64,000 nucleotides of DNA from an uncultured Clostridium sp. (GCA_964588775.1 CAZPRO010000001.1:113-64112), one strand, 5' to 3'; positions 1 to 11,874 are shown, counted from the first letter of the stretch. Notes: generated by a model not told the origin, from the letters alone. Numbers and translations: made by a program.

Positions 1-188
1 TCACTATTGATGTACTCCCATTCACCATTTTTTCTTAATCTAAGATCATTCTTTGTCAGTTGTTCTAATACCTGAGCACTATTTCCAAAATGTTTTTTCT
101 TAACATATATCTTTTGATTATTAATGGAAAGTATACATGTTAATAATATAAACGCCATAATTCCTACGATTATTTTTATTTTTTTCAT
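1..188 (-). CDS. hypothetical exported protein, N-terminal fragment (gene runs off left edge)
   Basis: Minus-strand ATG at 186-188, 6 nt downstream of AGGAGG (rc of 195-200). Translation MKKIKIIVGIMAFILLTCILSINNQKIYVKK... has a signal-peptide-like hydrophobic N-terminus. The frame stays open to position 1. It is truncated, so it is absent from the ORF track. Confidence 0.45.
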   Translation of the reverse strand, partial: MKKIKIIVGIMAFILLTCILSINNQKIYVKKKHFGNSAQVLEQLTKNDLRLRKNGEWEYINS

Positions 189-392
189 ATTTAACCTCCT
201 ATAGTGTACTAAGTGTACTATTTGAATTAATACACTTAGTATTATAGAGTTATTATTATTTTTTGTCAATAAAAAAATAAGACACCTCCTAATCAGTCAT
301 CTCAACCGATTATTCGATATCTTATTAAATCTTCATATATTTGTTGGCTATACTTTGTAAGGCTTACATGCTCTAAAGCTAGTAAAATAGCC

Positions 393-1229
393 CTATGATA
401 CTTTATTTTTAAGTCTTAATTTATCTGCAATAATTGCAATAAATTCAGAGTTAGTAGGTTTACCCTTTTCAGTATGAATAGTATAACCAAATAACTTATT
501 AATAGCTTCAACCTGTCCTCTGCCCCATGCAACTTCTATAGCATGTCTTATTGCTCTTTCTACCCTTGAAGCAGTTGTATTGTATTTCTTAGCTATTGAT
601 GGATACAATTCCTTTGTTACAGCTGAAAGAAGTTCCATGTCATTTACTACCATAGTTATAGCTTCTCTTAAGTACATATATCCTTTAATATGTGCTGGTA
701 CTCCAATTTCATGAATTATATTTGTGATTTCTGTTTCAAGGTCAGCCGGGCCTCCACTTTTGCTTAAAGATGAAGTACTTGCAAGTATTGCTGCTGTATG
801 TGGATATTGTTGTGTTACTGGTCTTGCAGATTCTACATTGTTAGTGCTTTTTGAAAACATTTCTCTTATTCTTTTTGTAAAAATCTCCATGTCAAATGGT
901 TTTACAGTATAATAATCTGCTCCAAGAGTAATGGCCTGTTGAGTTATTTTATCTTGTCCTACTGCTGATAATATTATTATTCTTGGCATTTTCATTAATT
1001 CCATTGAATTTATTCTTTCTAAAACACCTAAACCATCAAGATGAGGCATTATAATATCCAAAATTACTAAATCTGGCTGTTTTTCTTTAATCAATTCTAT
1101 TGCTTCTAATCCATCTTTTGCAATTCCAATAACAACTATGTCTTTCTGATTTAATAAATAATCATTTAAAATACTGCAAAATTCCTTATTATCATCTGCT
1201 ATTACTACTGATATTTTTCTATTTTCCAT
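393..1229 (-). CDS. spo0A: sporulation master response regulator Spo0A
   Basis: Receiver domain ([23 protein letters not shown]) plus the Spo0A-specific C-terminal DNA-binding signature [18 protein letters not shown]. Start moved to MENRKISVV (ATG 1227-1229), preceded by AGGAGAGG. It lies downstream of spoIVB, as in Bacillus and Clostridium. Confidence 0.95.
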   Translation of the reverse strand: MENRKISVVIADDNKEFCSILNDYLLNQKDIVVIGIAKDGLEAIELIKEKQPDLVILDIIMPHLDGLGVLERINSMELMKMPRIIILSAVGQDKITQQAITLGADYYTVKPFDMEIFTKRIREMFSKSTNNVESARPVTQQYPHTAAILASTSSLSKSGGPADLETEITNIIHEIGVPAHIKGYMYLREAITMVVNDMELLSAVTKELYPSIAKKYNTTASRVERAIRHAIEVAWGRGQVEAINKLFGYTIHTEKGKPTNSEFIAIIADKLRLKNKVS

Positions 1230-1561
1230 GTTTTCCTCTCCTTTATAATACCTAGTGAAATCCCTCAAATTTTGAATTAAACTTTCTACTAATATTAATA
1301 TATTCTACATTTTACCATTATTTCCTTTAAACGAGGGTATGTATTTTTAAAATATTTTCTTTTACCTTTTCTATTTAATTTTGTGTATTATAAATAGTAT
1401 TACCCATATATCTTCCACTATTTGTAAATTATATACTTTTCTTCAGATTTTGTAAAGAAAATTTTATAATTTTTCTCATTAATTTGAAAAAAAATTATAT
1501 TCTATTAGAATATGATTTTTACTTTTTCTTTATTATACAATATTTTACTCAAGAATACATT

Positions 1562-1605
1562 AATTATAAGATAAAAAGGCTGTAAAGCCTTTTTATCTTA
1601 TAATT
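1562..1605 (-). terminator. rho-independent terminator (21-bp perfect hairpin) after spoIVB
   Basis: Perfect inverted repeat 1562-1582 / 1585-1605 with GC core AGGCT/AGCCT, a 4-nt loop and a T-run on the minus strand. It overlaps the spoIVB stop codon (1593-1595). Confidence 0.8.
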
Positions 1606-2762
1606 CCTGCATCTTCAAGCATCCATTCTATATATATGCCATAACCTGTATCTGGCTTATTTATTAATACATGAGTTACTGCACCTACAAGTTTTCCTTT
1701 TTGCACTATAGGACTTCCACTCATTCCCTGAACAATTCCTCCTGTTTTATCTAATAATTCTTGATCTGTAATTCTAATTACCATACTTTTTGAATCCGGC
1801 TCCCTTTGATCATTTAATTTTTCTATTTCAATAGAATATTCCTTAGGTCCATTTTCATCTATGGTAGCTATTATTTTTGCAGGTCCAGGAACTATTTCAT
1901 TTCTTGCTGCTACTTTTACATTTTTATTTAAAGTCTTTGAAAGTTCCTTATCATAATAACCATAAATTCCACTTTTTGTATTTTTATTTATTGTGCCGCA
2001 TGGTTCTTCTTCATTTACAAAAACTCCTCTAAGTTCACCAGGACATCCTCTTTTTCCCTTTTTAACACTTATAATTGATGATTCCAAAATATTCCCCTGT
2101 TTTATAACAAAGGGTTCATTGGTATCACAATCTGTTACTGGATGACCTAATGCACCAAATTTGTGACTTTTATTGTGATAAAAAGTCATTGTTCCTACAC
2201 CTGCCGTTGAATCTCTTACCCACAAGCCAATTTTATAACTGTTTTCTTCCTTTACACATTGTATCTGCTTCGTTATTCTTTGGTTTTTTCTTATTATTTC
2301 CATATTTAAAATTCCATTATTAGACTCTTCTATTATGTGATGAAGATCTTTTGCATTAAATACTTCATTTCCATTAATTTTTATAATAATATCACCAATC
2401 TCCAGCCCTCCAGTTTTACCAGGACTTGTAATTTTTTTACCTTCTGCTTCCACGTCACTATAGCCAACCACTATTACACCATCAGAACTTACACGAACCC
2501 CTATAGGTATTCCTCCAAGCTGAACACTTAAATCATCTGTTTTTTTAACTTCAATATTTTTTACAGGTATTATACCAAGAAATTTCACTTCATATTTATT
2601 ATACTGGGCTGCTGAAGTATACAACAAAGGACTATCTTTAAGGACATCATTATTACTATAAACTGTATCAGGTATTTTAAAAAATAAAATCATAGGAATT
2701 AATAGTAGTGTTAGGATTAGAGTCAATGTAAAAGTAATAATATTTCTTAAAAACATTTTCAT
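1593..2762 (-). CDS. spoIVB: SpoIVB peptidase (S55 signalling protease, PDZ domain)
   Basis: N-terminal TM segment, PDZ-like region (GGLEIGDIIIKING), and catalytic-region motifs GALGHPVTD and GMSGSPIV. GGAGGAG SD lies upstream of the ATG at 2762. Conserved position between recN and spo0A. Confidence 0.9.
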   Translation of the reverse strand: MKMFLRNIITFTLTLILTLLLIPMILFFKIPDTVYSNNDVLKDSPLLYTSAAQYNKYEVKFLGIIPVKNIEVKKTDDLSVQLGGIPIGVRVSSDGVIVVGYSDVEAEGKKITSPGKTGGLEIGDIIIKINGNEVFNAKDLHHIIEESNNGILNMEIIRKNQRITKQIQCVKEENSYKIGLWVRDSTAGVGTMTFYHNKSHKFGALGHPVTDCDTNEPFVIKQGNILESSIISVKKGKRGCPGELRGVFVNEEEPCGTINKNTKSGIYGYYDKELSKTLNKNVKVAARNEIVPGPAKIIATIDENGPKEYSIEIEKLNDQREPDSKSMVIRITDQELLDKTGGIVQGMSGSPIVQKGKLVGAVTHVLINKPDTGYGIYIEWMLEDAGIIR

Positions 2763-2894
2763 ATTTCTCTCCTCCTTCTGATTTTATAATTATAATTTTC
2801 CCTAAGATTAATCGTCCTATCCTATAATAACTTTGTTATAGTTTACAAATAGTTTACATCCTAGTAAAAATTCTAAGTTAAGTTTTTTTATAAA

Positions 2895-2929
2895 AAAAAT
2901 AAAGCCATATGTTGCATGGCTTTATTTTT
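2895..2929 (-). terminator. rho-independent terminator after recN
   Basis: Hairpin AAAGCCAT(2901-2908)/ATGGCTTT(2916-2923), extended by A/T pairs and flanked by long A- and T-runs. Confidence 0.75.
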
Positions 2930-2952
2930 ACCAATAATGTATAGTATATGTA

Positions 2953-4668
2953 TTACTTTTTATTATTTATTTCAATTTTTTTAATATTACTAAGACTTAT
3001 CATTTCCTTTACATTATTTATTACTGCATCTGTTATATCATTACCACATAACATTTTACATATTTCTAGTTCCTTTTCTTCTGCACCAAGTGCCTTAACC
3101 TGAGTATATGTTTTATCATCAATAACATTTTTAGAAATAAAATAATGATGATCTGATAATATGGCAATTTGAGGAAGATGAGTAATACATAATACCTGAT
3201 GAGTTCTTGAAAGCTGATACATTTTTTCTCCAACTCTCTGGGCAACAGCTCCGCTTATTCCTGTATCAATTTCATCAAATATTAAAGTAGGGATTTTATC
3301 CTTTTCAGCAAAAACACATTTTAACCCAAGCATTATTCTTGACAATTCTCCACCTGATAATACTTTTTCAAGAGGCATTAAAGGTTCTCCTGGATTAGTT
3401 GATATAAAGAATGTAACTTCATCAAAACCTCGTTCATTAAACTCATCCTTTTTAGCAACTTCTATATTCATTCTTGATTTTTCAAGACCCACAAATGTAA
3501 GTTCATTTAAAATTTCACTTTGAAGTTTTTCAGCATATTTTTCTCTTATATTATGAACAGTTTCTGCTCTTTCTTTCATTTTTTCAAGTATTTCTTTTTC
3601 TTTTTCCTTTAATTCATTAATTATATTTTCAGAATTAACAATTTCATCATATTCCTTTTTGATTTTTTCATAGTACTTAAGAACTTCTTTTATTCCTTCA
3701 TCACTATTTACAAATTCAGATGCATATTTCTTTTTATACATATTTAATTCATATATTCTGCTATTTACCTTTTCTAATGTATTTTCATCATAAATAATTT
3801 CTTCACACATGTCACGAATTTCACGTGCATTTTCTTCTAAGGTATAAAAAGCACCTTCTATACTTTCCTTATTTTTCTTAATTTTATCAAAATGGTTTTC
3901 AATAGCCCCCAGTTCTGAAATAACTTTTGATAATAAATTTAAAACTCCACCATCTTCATTTCCATTAAGCATTTCATATGAAATGTGTAATCCATTATTT
4001 ATTTTTTCTGCATTTGAAAGTATATTAAACTGCTCCTTTAATTCTATTTCCTCATTTTCTTTAAGTTTTGCTTTTTCTATGTCTTCTATCTGAAATTTTA
4101 AATAGTCAAGAAGCTTTTCTCTATCAGTATTTCCAGTTATACGCAGTATTTCGTTTTGTACTTCTGTGTATTTTCTTTTTTCATTTAAATAAAGGGCTAA
4201 AGGTTCTTTTAATTCTTCTCCAATATATTCATCAAGCTGAATTATATGTGAACTTCTGTTCAAAAGCTCTGTGTTTGCATGCTGACCATGTATATCTAAA
4301 AGTTTACATCCTATTTTCTTTAAAATTGATGTTATAAAACTTTTACCATTTATCCTTATTAAATTTTTACCATTTATATGACTTTCACGGCTTATTATTA
4401 TTGTATCATCATATTCAATTTCATATTCATCTAAAACTTTTGTTATGGATTCATTATCAATTGTAAAAATTCCTTCAACATAAGTTTTATCTGTACCTGT
4501 TCTTATAAGGCTTTTAGAAAACTTTCCTCCAAGTACAAAATCTATAGCATCTATCATAATTGATTTTCCAGCACCTGTTTCACCTGAAAGAATATTAAAA
4601 CCTTCTTCAAAGTCCATAGATAAATCTTCAATAAGTGCAAAATTTTTTATATTTAATTGTATAAGCAT
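2953..4668 (-). CDS. recN: DNA repair protein RecN
   Basis: Walker A GETGAGKS, long coiled-coil middle, ABC signature LSGGELSR, Walker B LIFDEIDTG. 571 aa. Confidence 0.95.
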   Translation of the reverse strand: MLIQLNIKNFALIEDLSMDFEEGFNILSGETGAGKSIMIDAIDFVLGGKFSKSLIRTGTDKTYVEGIFTIDNESITKVLDEYEIEYDDTIIISRESHINGKNLIRINGKSFITSILKKIGCKLLDIHGQHANTELLNRSSHIIQLDEYIGEELKEPLALYLNEKRKYTEVQNEILRITGNTDREKLLDYLKFQIEDIEKAKLKENEEIELKEQFNILSNAEKINNGLHISYEMLNGNEDGGVLNLLSKVISELGAIENHFDKIKKNKESIEGAFYTLEENAREIRDMCEEIIYDENTLEKVNSRIYELNMYKKKYASEFVNSDEGIKEVLKYYEKIKKEYDEIVNSENIINELKEKEKEILEKMKERAETVHNIREKYAEKLQSEILNELTFVGLEKSRMNIEVAKKDEFNERGFDEVTFFISTNPGEPLMPLEKVLSGGELSRIMLGLKCVFAEKDKIPTLIFDEIDTGISGAVAQRVGEKMYQLSRTHQVLCITHLPQIAILSDHHYFISKNVIDDKTYTQVKALGAEEKELEICKMLCGNDITDAVINNVKEMISLSNIKKIEINNKK

Positions 4669-4693
4669 TAATACCCCACCTTTTAAAATTTAG

Positions 4694-5146
4694 CTAAGAT
4701 GATATTCTGTTCCTTATTCTTGCTGCCAGTTCTTCAGCACCTTCTAAGGTTCTTACCATTATAAATATGGTGTTATCACCAGCTACTGTTCCTGCAATAT
4801 CAGCATTTTCAAGCTGATCCAGGGCTTCTGCTGTAATAGGACCAGAGCCAGTAATTGTTTTTACAATTATCATTTTATCAACATTTTCAACTGAAAGTAC
4901 AGTATTTTCTAAAATATTGCTTAATCTATCTATTATATTTTTTTGCTCACCAGATGAAAGAGAATATTTTGATTTACCCTCTGAAGTTTGAATTTTTATT
5001 AATTTCAAATTCTTTATATCCCTTGAAACAGTTGCCTGAGTAACATCAAAACCTTCTTTTTTTAATTCTTCTGCCAATTCTTCCTGAGTTTCTATTTCCT
5101 TTTTTCCTATAATTTCAAGTATTTTATTGTGCCTTTTTGATTTCAC
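4694..5146 (-). CDS. argR: arginine repressor ArgR/AhrC
   Basis: 150 aa. Winged-helix N-terminus ([15 protein letters not shown]) and C-terminal oligomerisation domain ([11 protein letters not shown]). Conserved position next to recN. Confidence 0.9.
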   Translation of the reverse strand: MKSKRHNKILEIIGKKEIETQEELAEELKKEGFDVTQATVSRDIKNLKLIKIQTSEGKSKYSLSSGEQKNIIDRLSNILENTVLSVENVDKMIIVKTITGSGPITAEALDQLENADIAGTVAGDNTIFIMVRTLEGAEELAARIRNRISS

Positions 5147-5148
5147 TC

Positions 5149-6003
5149 TTAATCACCATCACATTCCTTAGAATTATTCAAAATCTTATTCCTTAAAACT
5201 TTAAAATAATCATAGTCATCAAATAAGAGAAGTTTTAGTCTCTTTTTATGCTCACTTATTATAACTCTATCATTATGATTAACTTCTACTGCCTGCTGAC
5301 CATCAACAGTTAAAAATACTTTTTCATCTCTATTATCTGCAATTATTTCAACTTTGCTGTTTCCATTTAAAACTATTGTCTGCATGCTTTTTGTATGAGG
5401 ACATATAGGTGTTATCATTATTATTTCCAAATCTGGATATATAAATGGACCTCCTGCTGAAAAAGAATAAGCTGTAGAACCTGTAGGCGTTGCTACAATA
5501 AGACCATCACCTCTGAATGTTGTATACAGTTTATTGTCCACATACACCTTAAACTTAACCATTCTTGATAAGGTTCCTTTTGCAATAACAATATCATTAA
5601 GTGCCTTAAAACTTTTTTTACTATTTCCTTCTGATTTAAAAATATGACCCCTTAAAAGCATTCTATCTGTAATTTTGTACTGTTCATTTTGAATTTTTTC
5701 AATTGCCATATCAATATCTGAAATTTCTATACTTGATAAAAAACCTAGATTTCCGATATTAATACCCAATATAGGTTTATTAAAATCTTCACTTATGTTC
5801 CTTGCAATTCCAAGAAGAGTTCCATCTCCTCCAAGTACAACAAGGAGATCAATATTATTTAAATTCTGCTTATCTATATCGTAGGAATTAAAAATATAAA
5901 TATCCTGCAGCTTAAATTTTTCTCTGAATTTTGATACTACTTTATTTAAAATAACATTACCTCTGTCTTTTAATGGATTTATTGCAATGCCGATATTTTT
6001 CAT
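5149..6003 (-). CDS. nadK: NAD kinase
   Basis: GGDGTLL motif and a conserved C-terminal region ([15 protein letters not shown]). 284 aa. Confidence 0.9.
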   Translation of the reverse strand: MKNIGIAINPLKDRGNVILNKVVSKFREKFKLQDIYIFNSYDIDKQNLNNIDLLVVLGGDGTLLGIARNISEDFNKPILGINIGNLGFLSSIEISDIDMAIEKIQNEQYKITDRMLLRGHIFKSEGNSKKSFKALNDIVIAKGTLSRMVKFKVYVDNKLYTTFRGDGLIVATPTGSTAYSFSAGGPFIYPDLEIIMITPICPHTKSMQTIVLNGNSKVEIIADNRDEKVFLTVDGQQAVEVNHNDRVIISEHKKRLKLLLFDDYDYFKVLRNKILNNSKECDGD

Positions 6004-6018
6004 AGCCCCTCCGAAAAA

Positions 6019-6831
6019 TTATATTTCTATATGAGATTTTTCAACCACATTTTCAACATCTTCACGTACAAATTCACTTGATTTCCCATTATCTTTACTA
6101 AAATATACAAGATATTCTCTGTTTCCTTCAGGACCCTTTATAGGAGAAAAATCAAGCCCCAATACATTTAAATTGACACTTTTTAAAAAATCAACAATGT
6201 CATAAACCACTTCTTTATGAGTTGAAATTTCACGTACCACTCCTTTTTTTCCCACTTTTTCCCTGCCTGCTTCAAACTGAGGTTTTATAAGTGCCACAAC
6301 TTCTCCTGTATCCTTTAGTAAATTAATAACTGCTGGCATTATTTTTTTTAAGGATATAAAACTTACATCTATGGATGCAAAATCAAGAAGTTCATCATTT
6401 ATATCCTTAGGAGTAACATATCTTATATTTGTTCTCTCCATACATACTACTCTTTCATCACATCGAAGTTTCCATGCAAATTGACCATATCCTACATCAA
6501 CAGAAAACACTTTAGATGCACCATTTTGAAGCATACAATCTGTAAATCCTCCCGTTGATGCTCCTATATCCATACAGGTTTTGTTTTCAAGGACTATATT
6601 AAATTCTTTCATTGCTTTTTCCAACTTTAAGCCGCCACGGCTTACATATTTTAAAACATCTCCCCTGTATTCTATTTTAGCTTCAATACTTACCTTTTCT
6701 CCTGCTTTATCAATTTTTTGCCCATCCACATAGACTTTTCCTTCCATTATACATGCCTTTGCACGTTCTCTTGACGTAATTATATTTCTTTCAACCAAAA
6801 GCACATCCAGTCTTTCTTTTTTTGCAGCCAT
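6019..6831 (-). CDS. tlyA: TlyA-family rRNA 2'-O-methyltransferase (hemolysin A-like)
   Basis: S4-like N-terminus (RLDVLLVERNIITSRERAKACIMEGKVYVDG) and FtsJ-type SAM motif MDIGASTGGFTD. Confidence 0.85.
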   Translation of the reverse strand: MAAKKERLDVLLVERNIITSRERAKACIMEGKVYVDGQKIDKAGEKVSIEAKIEYRGDVLKYVSRGGLKLEKAMKEFNIVLENKTCMDIGASTGGFTDCMLQNGASKVFSVDVGYGQFAWKLRCDERVVCMERTNIRYVTPKDINDELLDFASIDVSFISLKKIMPAVINLLKDTGEVVALIKPQFEAGREKVGKKGVVREISTHKEVVYDIVDFLKSVNLNVLGLDFSPIKGPEGNREYLVYFSKDNGKSSEFVREDVENVVEKSHIEI

Positions 6832-6848
6832 ATTCAGTTCTCCTTAAT

Positions 6849-8699
6849 TTAATCATAAAGTTTTAATATTTCGTTATAGATACTTTCTACATCTAAATTA
6901 TTTTCTTTGTATAAATCATTCATGGTTCCCTGATGAACAAAGGATTTATATCCAATACATTTGAATCTTCCATTATAATGTGAACTTGACAAAAAATCAT
7001 TTACAGCACTTCCTAAACCACCATAAATCATATTATCTTCCAAAACTAAAATATTATAATTCCTTCTGATTATACTTTTAAGCATATTTTCATCCAAAGG
7101 TTTAATAAATACTGCATTAACCAGCATAGGCCTTACACCTTGCTCATATAATCTTTCACAGGCAACATAACTATGCTGAAGGATTCTTCCTGAACATATT
7201 ATACATACTTTGATTCCTTCATTTATTACTTCCCATGTGTTTTCCTTAATTTCCTTTAATGGTTTAAGCTTAACTGTGTCTGCTCCTTTAGGATATCTTA
7301 AGGCAATTGGTTTTTTTACACTTAAAGCATATTTAAGAAAACTCTTCATTTCTTCCATACATTTAGGTGCAATAATTGTCATGTTAGGTATTGTATTTAA
7401 AAACGGAACATCCATAATACCTTGATGGGTTTCACCATCATCTCCAACTATACCTGCTCTGTCTATTGCAAACACAACATGAAGATTTTGAATACATATA
7501 TCATGAAGTATTTGATCATAAGATCTTTGAAGAAATGTAGAATACAATGCAACAACAGGTTTTAAGCCGCTAACTGCCATTCCTCCAGCCATAGTAACTG
7601 CATGTTCTTCTGCAATACCCACATCAAAAAAGCGTTCTTTAAATTGCATCTGATAATCTGCAAGACCTGTTCCAATAGGCATTGCTGCTGTAATGGCAAC
7701 TATATCTTTATCATCTTTTGAAAGTTCAGTCATTGCTTTTCCAAAAGCCTTTGAATATGAAGTCTGACATTTTCCTTTTAACTCTCCGCTTTCAGAATCA
7801 AAAGGTCCTATTCCATGATACTTCATAGGACTTTCTTCTGCCAGCTTATATCCCCTGCCCTTTTGTGTTATAACATGTATTATTACTGGTCCTTCAATTT
7901 TTTTTGCTCTGTTTAATATGTCAGTCAGTTCTTCTATATTATGTCCATCAACAGGTCCTATGTACTTAATTCCCATATTTTCAAAAAGCATTGATGGTAC
8001 AACAAGCTGTTTGATACTATCCTTTACTTTAGAAATTTTTCCTGCTATGTTCTGGCCTATTTTACTATGTCCAAGAGATTCATTTATTTCTGTTTTTAAT
8101 TTATTGTATTTAGGTGCCATTCTTATATTATTTAAATATTTTGATAATCCACCTACATTTTTTGAAATTGACATCTGATTATCATTTAATATTATTGTCA
8201 AATTTGTTTTATTATAACCAGCATCATTTAAAGCTTCCAATGCCATTCCACCTGTTAATGCTCCATCGCCAATGACAGCTACAACATGATATTTCTCATT
8301 TTTTATATCTCTTCCCCTTGCAATTCCAAGTGCTGCTGATATGGATGTACTGCTGTGACCTGTATCAAAGAAATCATATTTGCTTTCTGCTCTTTTAGGG
8401 AACCCACTCATTCCTTTATACTGACGTAGTTTTTTAAACTGATTTTTTCTTCCAGTCAGCATTTTGTATACATAACTTTGATGTCCTACATCCCATATAA
8501 TTTTATCACTGCTAAAATCATAAGCCTTCATAAGGGATACAGTCAGCTCAACTACTCCAAGATTGGAAGCCAGATGGCCTCCTGTTTTTGAAACGCTTTC
8601 TATAAGAAATCTTCGTATCTCTTCACATAAAATTTCACATTTATCATAATTTAATTTTTTCACATCATCTGGAAAACTTAACTGTTCCAATAATTCCAT
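6849..8699 (-). CDS. dxs: 1-deoxy-D-xylulose-5-phosphate synthase
   Basis: GGHLASNLGVVELT, GHQSYVYKMLTGR, ThDP motif GDGALTGGMALEALN. 616 aa. Confidence 0.95.
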   Translation of the reverse strand: MELLEQLSFPDDVKKLNYDKCEILCEEIRRFLIESVSKTGGHLASNLGVVELTVSLMKAYDFSSDKIIWDVGHQSYVYKMLTGRKNQFKKLRQYKGMSGFPKRAESKYDFFDTGHSSTSISAALGIARGRDIKNEKYHVVAVIGDGALTGGMALEALNDAGYNKTNLTIILNDNQMSISKNVGGLSKYLNNIRMAPKYNKLKTEINESLGHSKIGQNIAGKISKVKDSIKQLVVPSMLFENMGIKYIGPVDGHNIEELTDILNRAKKIEGPVIIHVITQKGRGYKLAEESPMKYHGIGPFDSESGELKGKCQTSYSKAFGKAMTELSKDDKDIVAITAAMPIGTGLADYQMQFKERFFDVGIAEEHAVTMAGGMAVSGLKPVVALYSTFLQRSYDQILHDICIQNLHVVFAIDRAGIVGDDGETHQGIMDVPFLNTIPNMTIIAPKCMEEMKSFLKYALSVKKPIALRYPKGADTVKLKPLKEIKENTWEVINEGIKVCIICSGRILQHSYVACERLYEQGVRPMLVNAVFIKPLDENMLKSIIRRNYNILVLEDNMIYGGLGSAVNDFLSSSHYNGRFKCIGYKSFVHQGTMNDLYKENNLDVESIYNEILKLYD

Positions 8700-8714
8700 C
8701 CTTAATTACCTCTA

Positions 8715-9593
8715 TTATTTTTCTCTATATAGGAGCTTTTTTGTAAGCTCTATAAGACATTCACAATCTACACTTAAAGAATTTAAAATCCCTATACACT
8801 CTTCTGTCATCTCTTTACATAATTGTATAGATTTTTCCAGCCCATACACACTTATATAATTAGTTTTATGGTTTTCTTCATCCACATGTACCTTTTTTCC
8901 TAAACTTTCTGTATTACCTACAACATCTAAAATATCATCCTTTATTTGAAAAACCATGCCAAGCCTTTTCCCAAATTCATTAAGCTTAATCAAATCTTCT
9001 TCTGGTGCCCCACCCATAATAGCACCACTTACAATAGCTGCTTTAATAAGAGCTCCTGTTTTTTTAGCGTGCATGTATTGAAGTTCTTCCTTAGAAATAT
9101 CCTTTCCTTCACTTATAACATCAACAACCTGACCACCTATCATGCCTTCTGCTCCTGCTGCACTGGCTATTTCATAGGATGCTCTAAGTGCCTTTTCCCC
9201 TTCTTCCATACTAAATTTCATCATAACTATCATTGCTTCATTCAAAAGAGCATCTCCTGCAAGAACAGCTATGTTTTCTCCAAAAACCTTATGATTTGTA
9301 GGTTTTCCACGTCTTAAGTCATCATTGTCCATACATGGAAGATCATCATGTATGAGGGAATATGTATGAATCATCTCAATGGCTGCACTCATTTCTAATA
9401 TTTCTTTGTAATGCCCCTTATAAATATAATAGGAAAGAATCATTAAAAGGGGTCTTACCCTTTTTCCACCTATATTTAAACTATAGCCTGAAGCTTCATA
9501 AATTATTTTATTATAACTCCCTTTATCTTTAAAATAATTATTGAGATATTCATTTAATTCCTCTACAATCCCATTAAGCTTCAACACTCTCAT
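8715..9593 (-). CDS. ispA: farnesyl/geranyl diphosphate synthase
   Basis: First Asp-rich motif [17 protein letters not shown] and second FQIKDDILD. Start placed at the internal MRVLKL (ATG 9591-9593), which has AAGGGAG upstream; the track start at 9614 has no SD. Confidence 0.9.
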   Translation of the reverse strand: MRVLKLNGIVEELNEYLNNYFKDKGSYNKIIYEASGYSLNIGGKRVRPLLMILSYYIYKGHYKEILEMSAAIEMIHTYSLIHDDLPCMDNDDLRRGKPTNHKVFGENIAVLAGDALLNEAMIVMMKFSMEEGEKALRASYEIASAAGAEGMIGGQVVDVISEGKDISKEELQYMHAKKTGALIKAAIVSGAIMGGAPEEDLIKLNEFGKRLGMVFQIKDDILDVVGNTESLGKKVHVDEENHKTNYISVYGLEKSIQLCKEMTEECIGILNSLSVDCECLIELTKKLLYREK

Positions 9594-9795
9594 CAAACTC
9601 CCTTTCCTTTTCATTTTTAATTATTGAAATTTTTCCTTCGTATGAATCAAGGGTTTTATACATTTTATTTACTATTTTTACACCTTCTTCATAGGATTTC
9701 ATAGTTTCTTCAAGAGTACTTTCACTGCTTTCAAGACCATCCACAATTCCTTGAAGTTTTAATAACATTTCTTCATAACTTTCTTTTTTTGCCAC
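9574..9795 (-). CDS. xseB: exodeoxyribonuclease VII small subunit
   Basis: 73-aa helical protein ([14 protein letters not shown]) immediately downstream of xseA. Confidence 0.85.
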   Translation of the reverse strand: MAKKESYEEMLLKLQGIVDGLESSESTLEETMKSYEEGVKIVNKMYKTLDSYEGKISIIKNEKEREFDESVEA

Positions 9796-9807
9796 AATAA
9801 AAACTCC

Positions 9808-11007
9808 TTACTTTAATGGAATAAATTCTCCATTTACATACCCATCTTCAAACCTAATACTAATATTCCTTTTATGTTTAAGTTCCTTGGTTTTTCTTAT
9901 TATTGTCTTATTTTCATCTTCAATTATAACATATCCTTTTTTCATTACATTAATAGGATTATGGGCAGAAAGAAGATTGTTTAAATTAATAAGCTTTGCT
10001 TTTTCTGATTCTATTTTATTTTTTATAAGATAATCAAGTTTTTCCTTAAGTCTGTCACATTCTACATAACTTTCTTCAACTTTCCGCAAAGGGCTATAAA
10101 AAGTCAGCATATGCTTAAGAGATTCCATTTCATTTCTGCATTGTTTCAATTTAGATAAAACACAAGTTTCCAGCTTTTCTTCAAGACCTTTAATGTTACC
10201 AATCATTTCATAATATAAAGGAACAGCCATTTCTGCCGCCTGAGATGGAGTTGATGCCCTTACATCAGAAACAAAATCACATATTGTAAAATCAGTTTCA
10301 TGGCCTACAGCTGATATTATAGGAAGCCTTGATTTAAACACTGCATCTGCAAGTTTTTCTTCATTAAAGTTCCATAATTCTTCAATAGAACCGCCTCCAC
10401 GCCCTACAATAATCAAGTCCACATCTTTCTTCTTGTTAAAATACTCAATTCCCGAAATAATTTCTTTATATGCATTTATTCCTTGAACCCTTGCAGGATA
10501 TAATACTATATCCACCATTATATTTCTTCTTCTTGAAACATTAATAATATCTTTTATTACAGCACCAGTTGAAGAAGTTACCACTCCTATTCTTTTAGGA
10601 TAAGACGGAAGAGGTTTTTTTATTTCCAAATCAAAGTATCCTTTTTCCTGAAGCTTTAATTTTAATGCTTCAAATTTTGCAAACAGCTCACCTTCACCCT
10701 GTTTTTTTATTTCACTACAATATATCTGCATACTTCCAGTAGCCGCATACAAAGACCCATAACCAGTTATTACAACTTCCATTCCCTCTTTTATATCAAT
10801 GTTAAGACTTACTGCATAACTTTTAAACATTACACAGTTAACTCTGCACATACTATCCTTTAAAGCAAAGTAAATATGCCCACTGCTGTGAAATTTTAAA
10901 TTAGAAATCTCCCCTTTTACAGAGAGATTACTTAATATAAAGTCATCATCCATTACTCTTTTAATATAGTTATTAACTTCACTAACACTTAATGTTTTTA
11001 TTCTCAT
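9808..11007 (-). CDS. xseA: exodeoxyribonuclease VII large subunit
   Basis: N-terminal OB-fold region, [11 protein letters not shown] motif and C-terminal coiled coil. 399 aa. Confidence 0.9.
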   Translation of the reverse strand: MRIKTLSVSEVNNYIKRVMDDDFILSNLSVKGEISNLKFHSSGHIYFALKDSMCRVNCVMFKSYAVSLNIDIKEGMEVVITGYGSLYAATGSMQIYCSEIKKQGEGELFAKFEALKLKLQEKGYFDLEIKKPLPSYPKRIGVVTSSTGAVIKDIINVSRRRNIMVDIVLYPARVQGINAYKEIISGIEYFNKKKDVDLIIVGRGGGSIEELWNFNEEKLADAVFKSRLPIISAVGHETDFTICDFVSDVRASTPSQAAEMAVPLYYEMIGNIKGLEEKLETCVLSKLKQCRNEMESLKHMLTFYSPLRKVEESYVECDRLKEKLDYLIKNKIESEKAKLINLNNLLSAHNPINVMKKGYVIIEDENKTIIRKTKELKHKRNISIRFEDGYVNGEFIPLK

Positions 11008-11845
11008 ATTTACTTAACGCCTCACATGCATTATTTATTAAAAGAGTAGTAGTAAGAGAACCTACACCTCCAGGTACAGGCGTAATATATCTGCAATTGT
11101 CTATTACCTTTTCAAAATCTACATCACCTGTCATTTTGCCATCAACTCTTGATGTTCCCACATCAATTACTACAGCATCACTGCTTACATAAGTTTCATC
11201 TATGAATTTTGGTTTTCCCATGGCTAAAACTAATATTTCTGCCTTTTTACATATTTCCTTTAGGTTTTTTGTTCTGGAGTGACATATTGTAACTGTTGCA
11301 TTTTCATTTAGAAGAAGCTGGGCAAGAGGTTTTCCTACTACATTGCTTCTGCCTACAATTACTGCATTTTTACCACTTATATTAATATTTAAACTTTTTA
11401 TTAAAGTCACAACACTGTTTGGTGTATTTGGAAGAAATGAAGGTTTTCCCATATAAAGTCTTCCCTGACTTTCATATGTCATACAGTCTATATCTTTATA
11501 TGTACTTATTTCATTTACAATTCTTGTTTCATTAAATTTCTTAGGCAGAGGAAGCTGTAGTATAATACCACTTATGGCATTATCTTCATTTAATTTATGT
11601 ATTGTATCTATTATGGTTTCTTCACTTTCATTTTCATCTATTTCAATTTTTAAAAATTCAACCCCCAAAGCTTCTGCAGCTTTTTTCTGAGCATTTATGT
11701 AAAACACTGAACCTCCATCATTTCCTACTAAAATTGATGCTATTTTAGGAATCGAAAGATTTAAGGCCTTTCTTTCAGCTACTTCTTTTTTTATCTTTTC
11801 TTTCAAATCTGATGCAACTCTTTTTCCATCTATGATCTGCCCCAT
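10982..11845 (-). CDS. folD: bifunctional methylenetetrahydrofolate dehydrogenase/cyclohydrolase
   Basis: [14 protein letters not shown] and [10 protein letters not shown] motifs. 287 aa. Confidence 0.95.
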   Translation of the reverse strand: MGQIIDGKRVASDLKEKIKKEVAERKALNLSIPKIASILVGNDGGSVFYINAQKKAAEALGVEFLKIEIDENESEETIIDTIHKLNEDNAISGIILQLPLPKKFNETRIVNEISTYKDIDCMTYESQGRLYMGKPSFLPNTPNSVVTLIKSLNINISGKNAVIVGRSNVVGKPLAQLLLNENATVTICHSRTKNLKEICKKAEILVLAMGKPKFIDETYVSSDAVVIDVGTSRVDGKMTGDVDFEKVIDNCRYITPVPGGVGSLTTTLLINNACEALSKYENKNIKC

Positions 11846-11874
11846 AGTTTACACCCCTTTATTATTGTTTAAGT

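Noticed and set aside
724-912. Plus-strand 62-aa ORF inside spo0A. Many similar antisense ORFs appear in the track: 2337-2531, 4068-4337, 4855-5043, 7210-7425, 7918-8178, 8946-9317, 10992-11192, 13158-13364, 13831-14082, 14450-14635, 14877-15398, 15122-15349, 15975-16481, 17476-17709, 18204-18446, 18789-19058, 21756-21953, 23423-23641 and 24511-24834.
   Set aside because: All lie antisense to genes with unmistakable family motifs. Their translations are low-complexity (F/L/I/S-rich), as expected from the reverse complement of AT-rich coding sequence. No SD sequences were found. I treat them as shadow ORFs.
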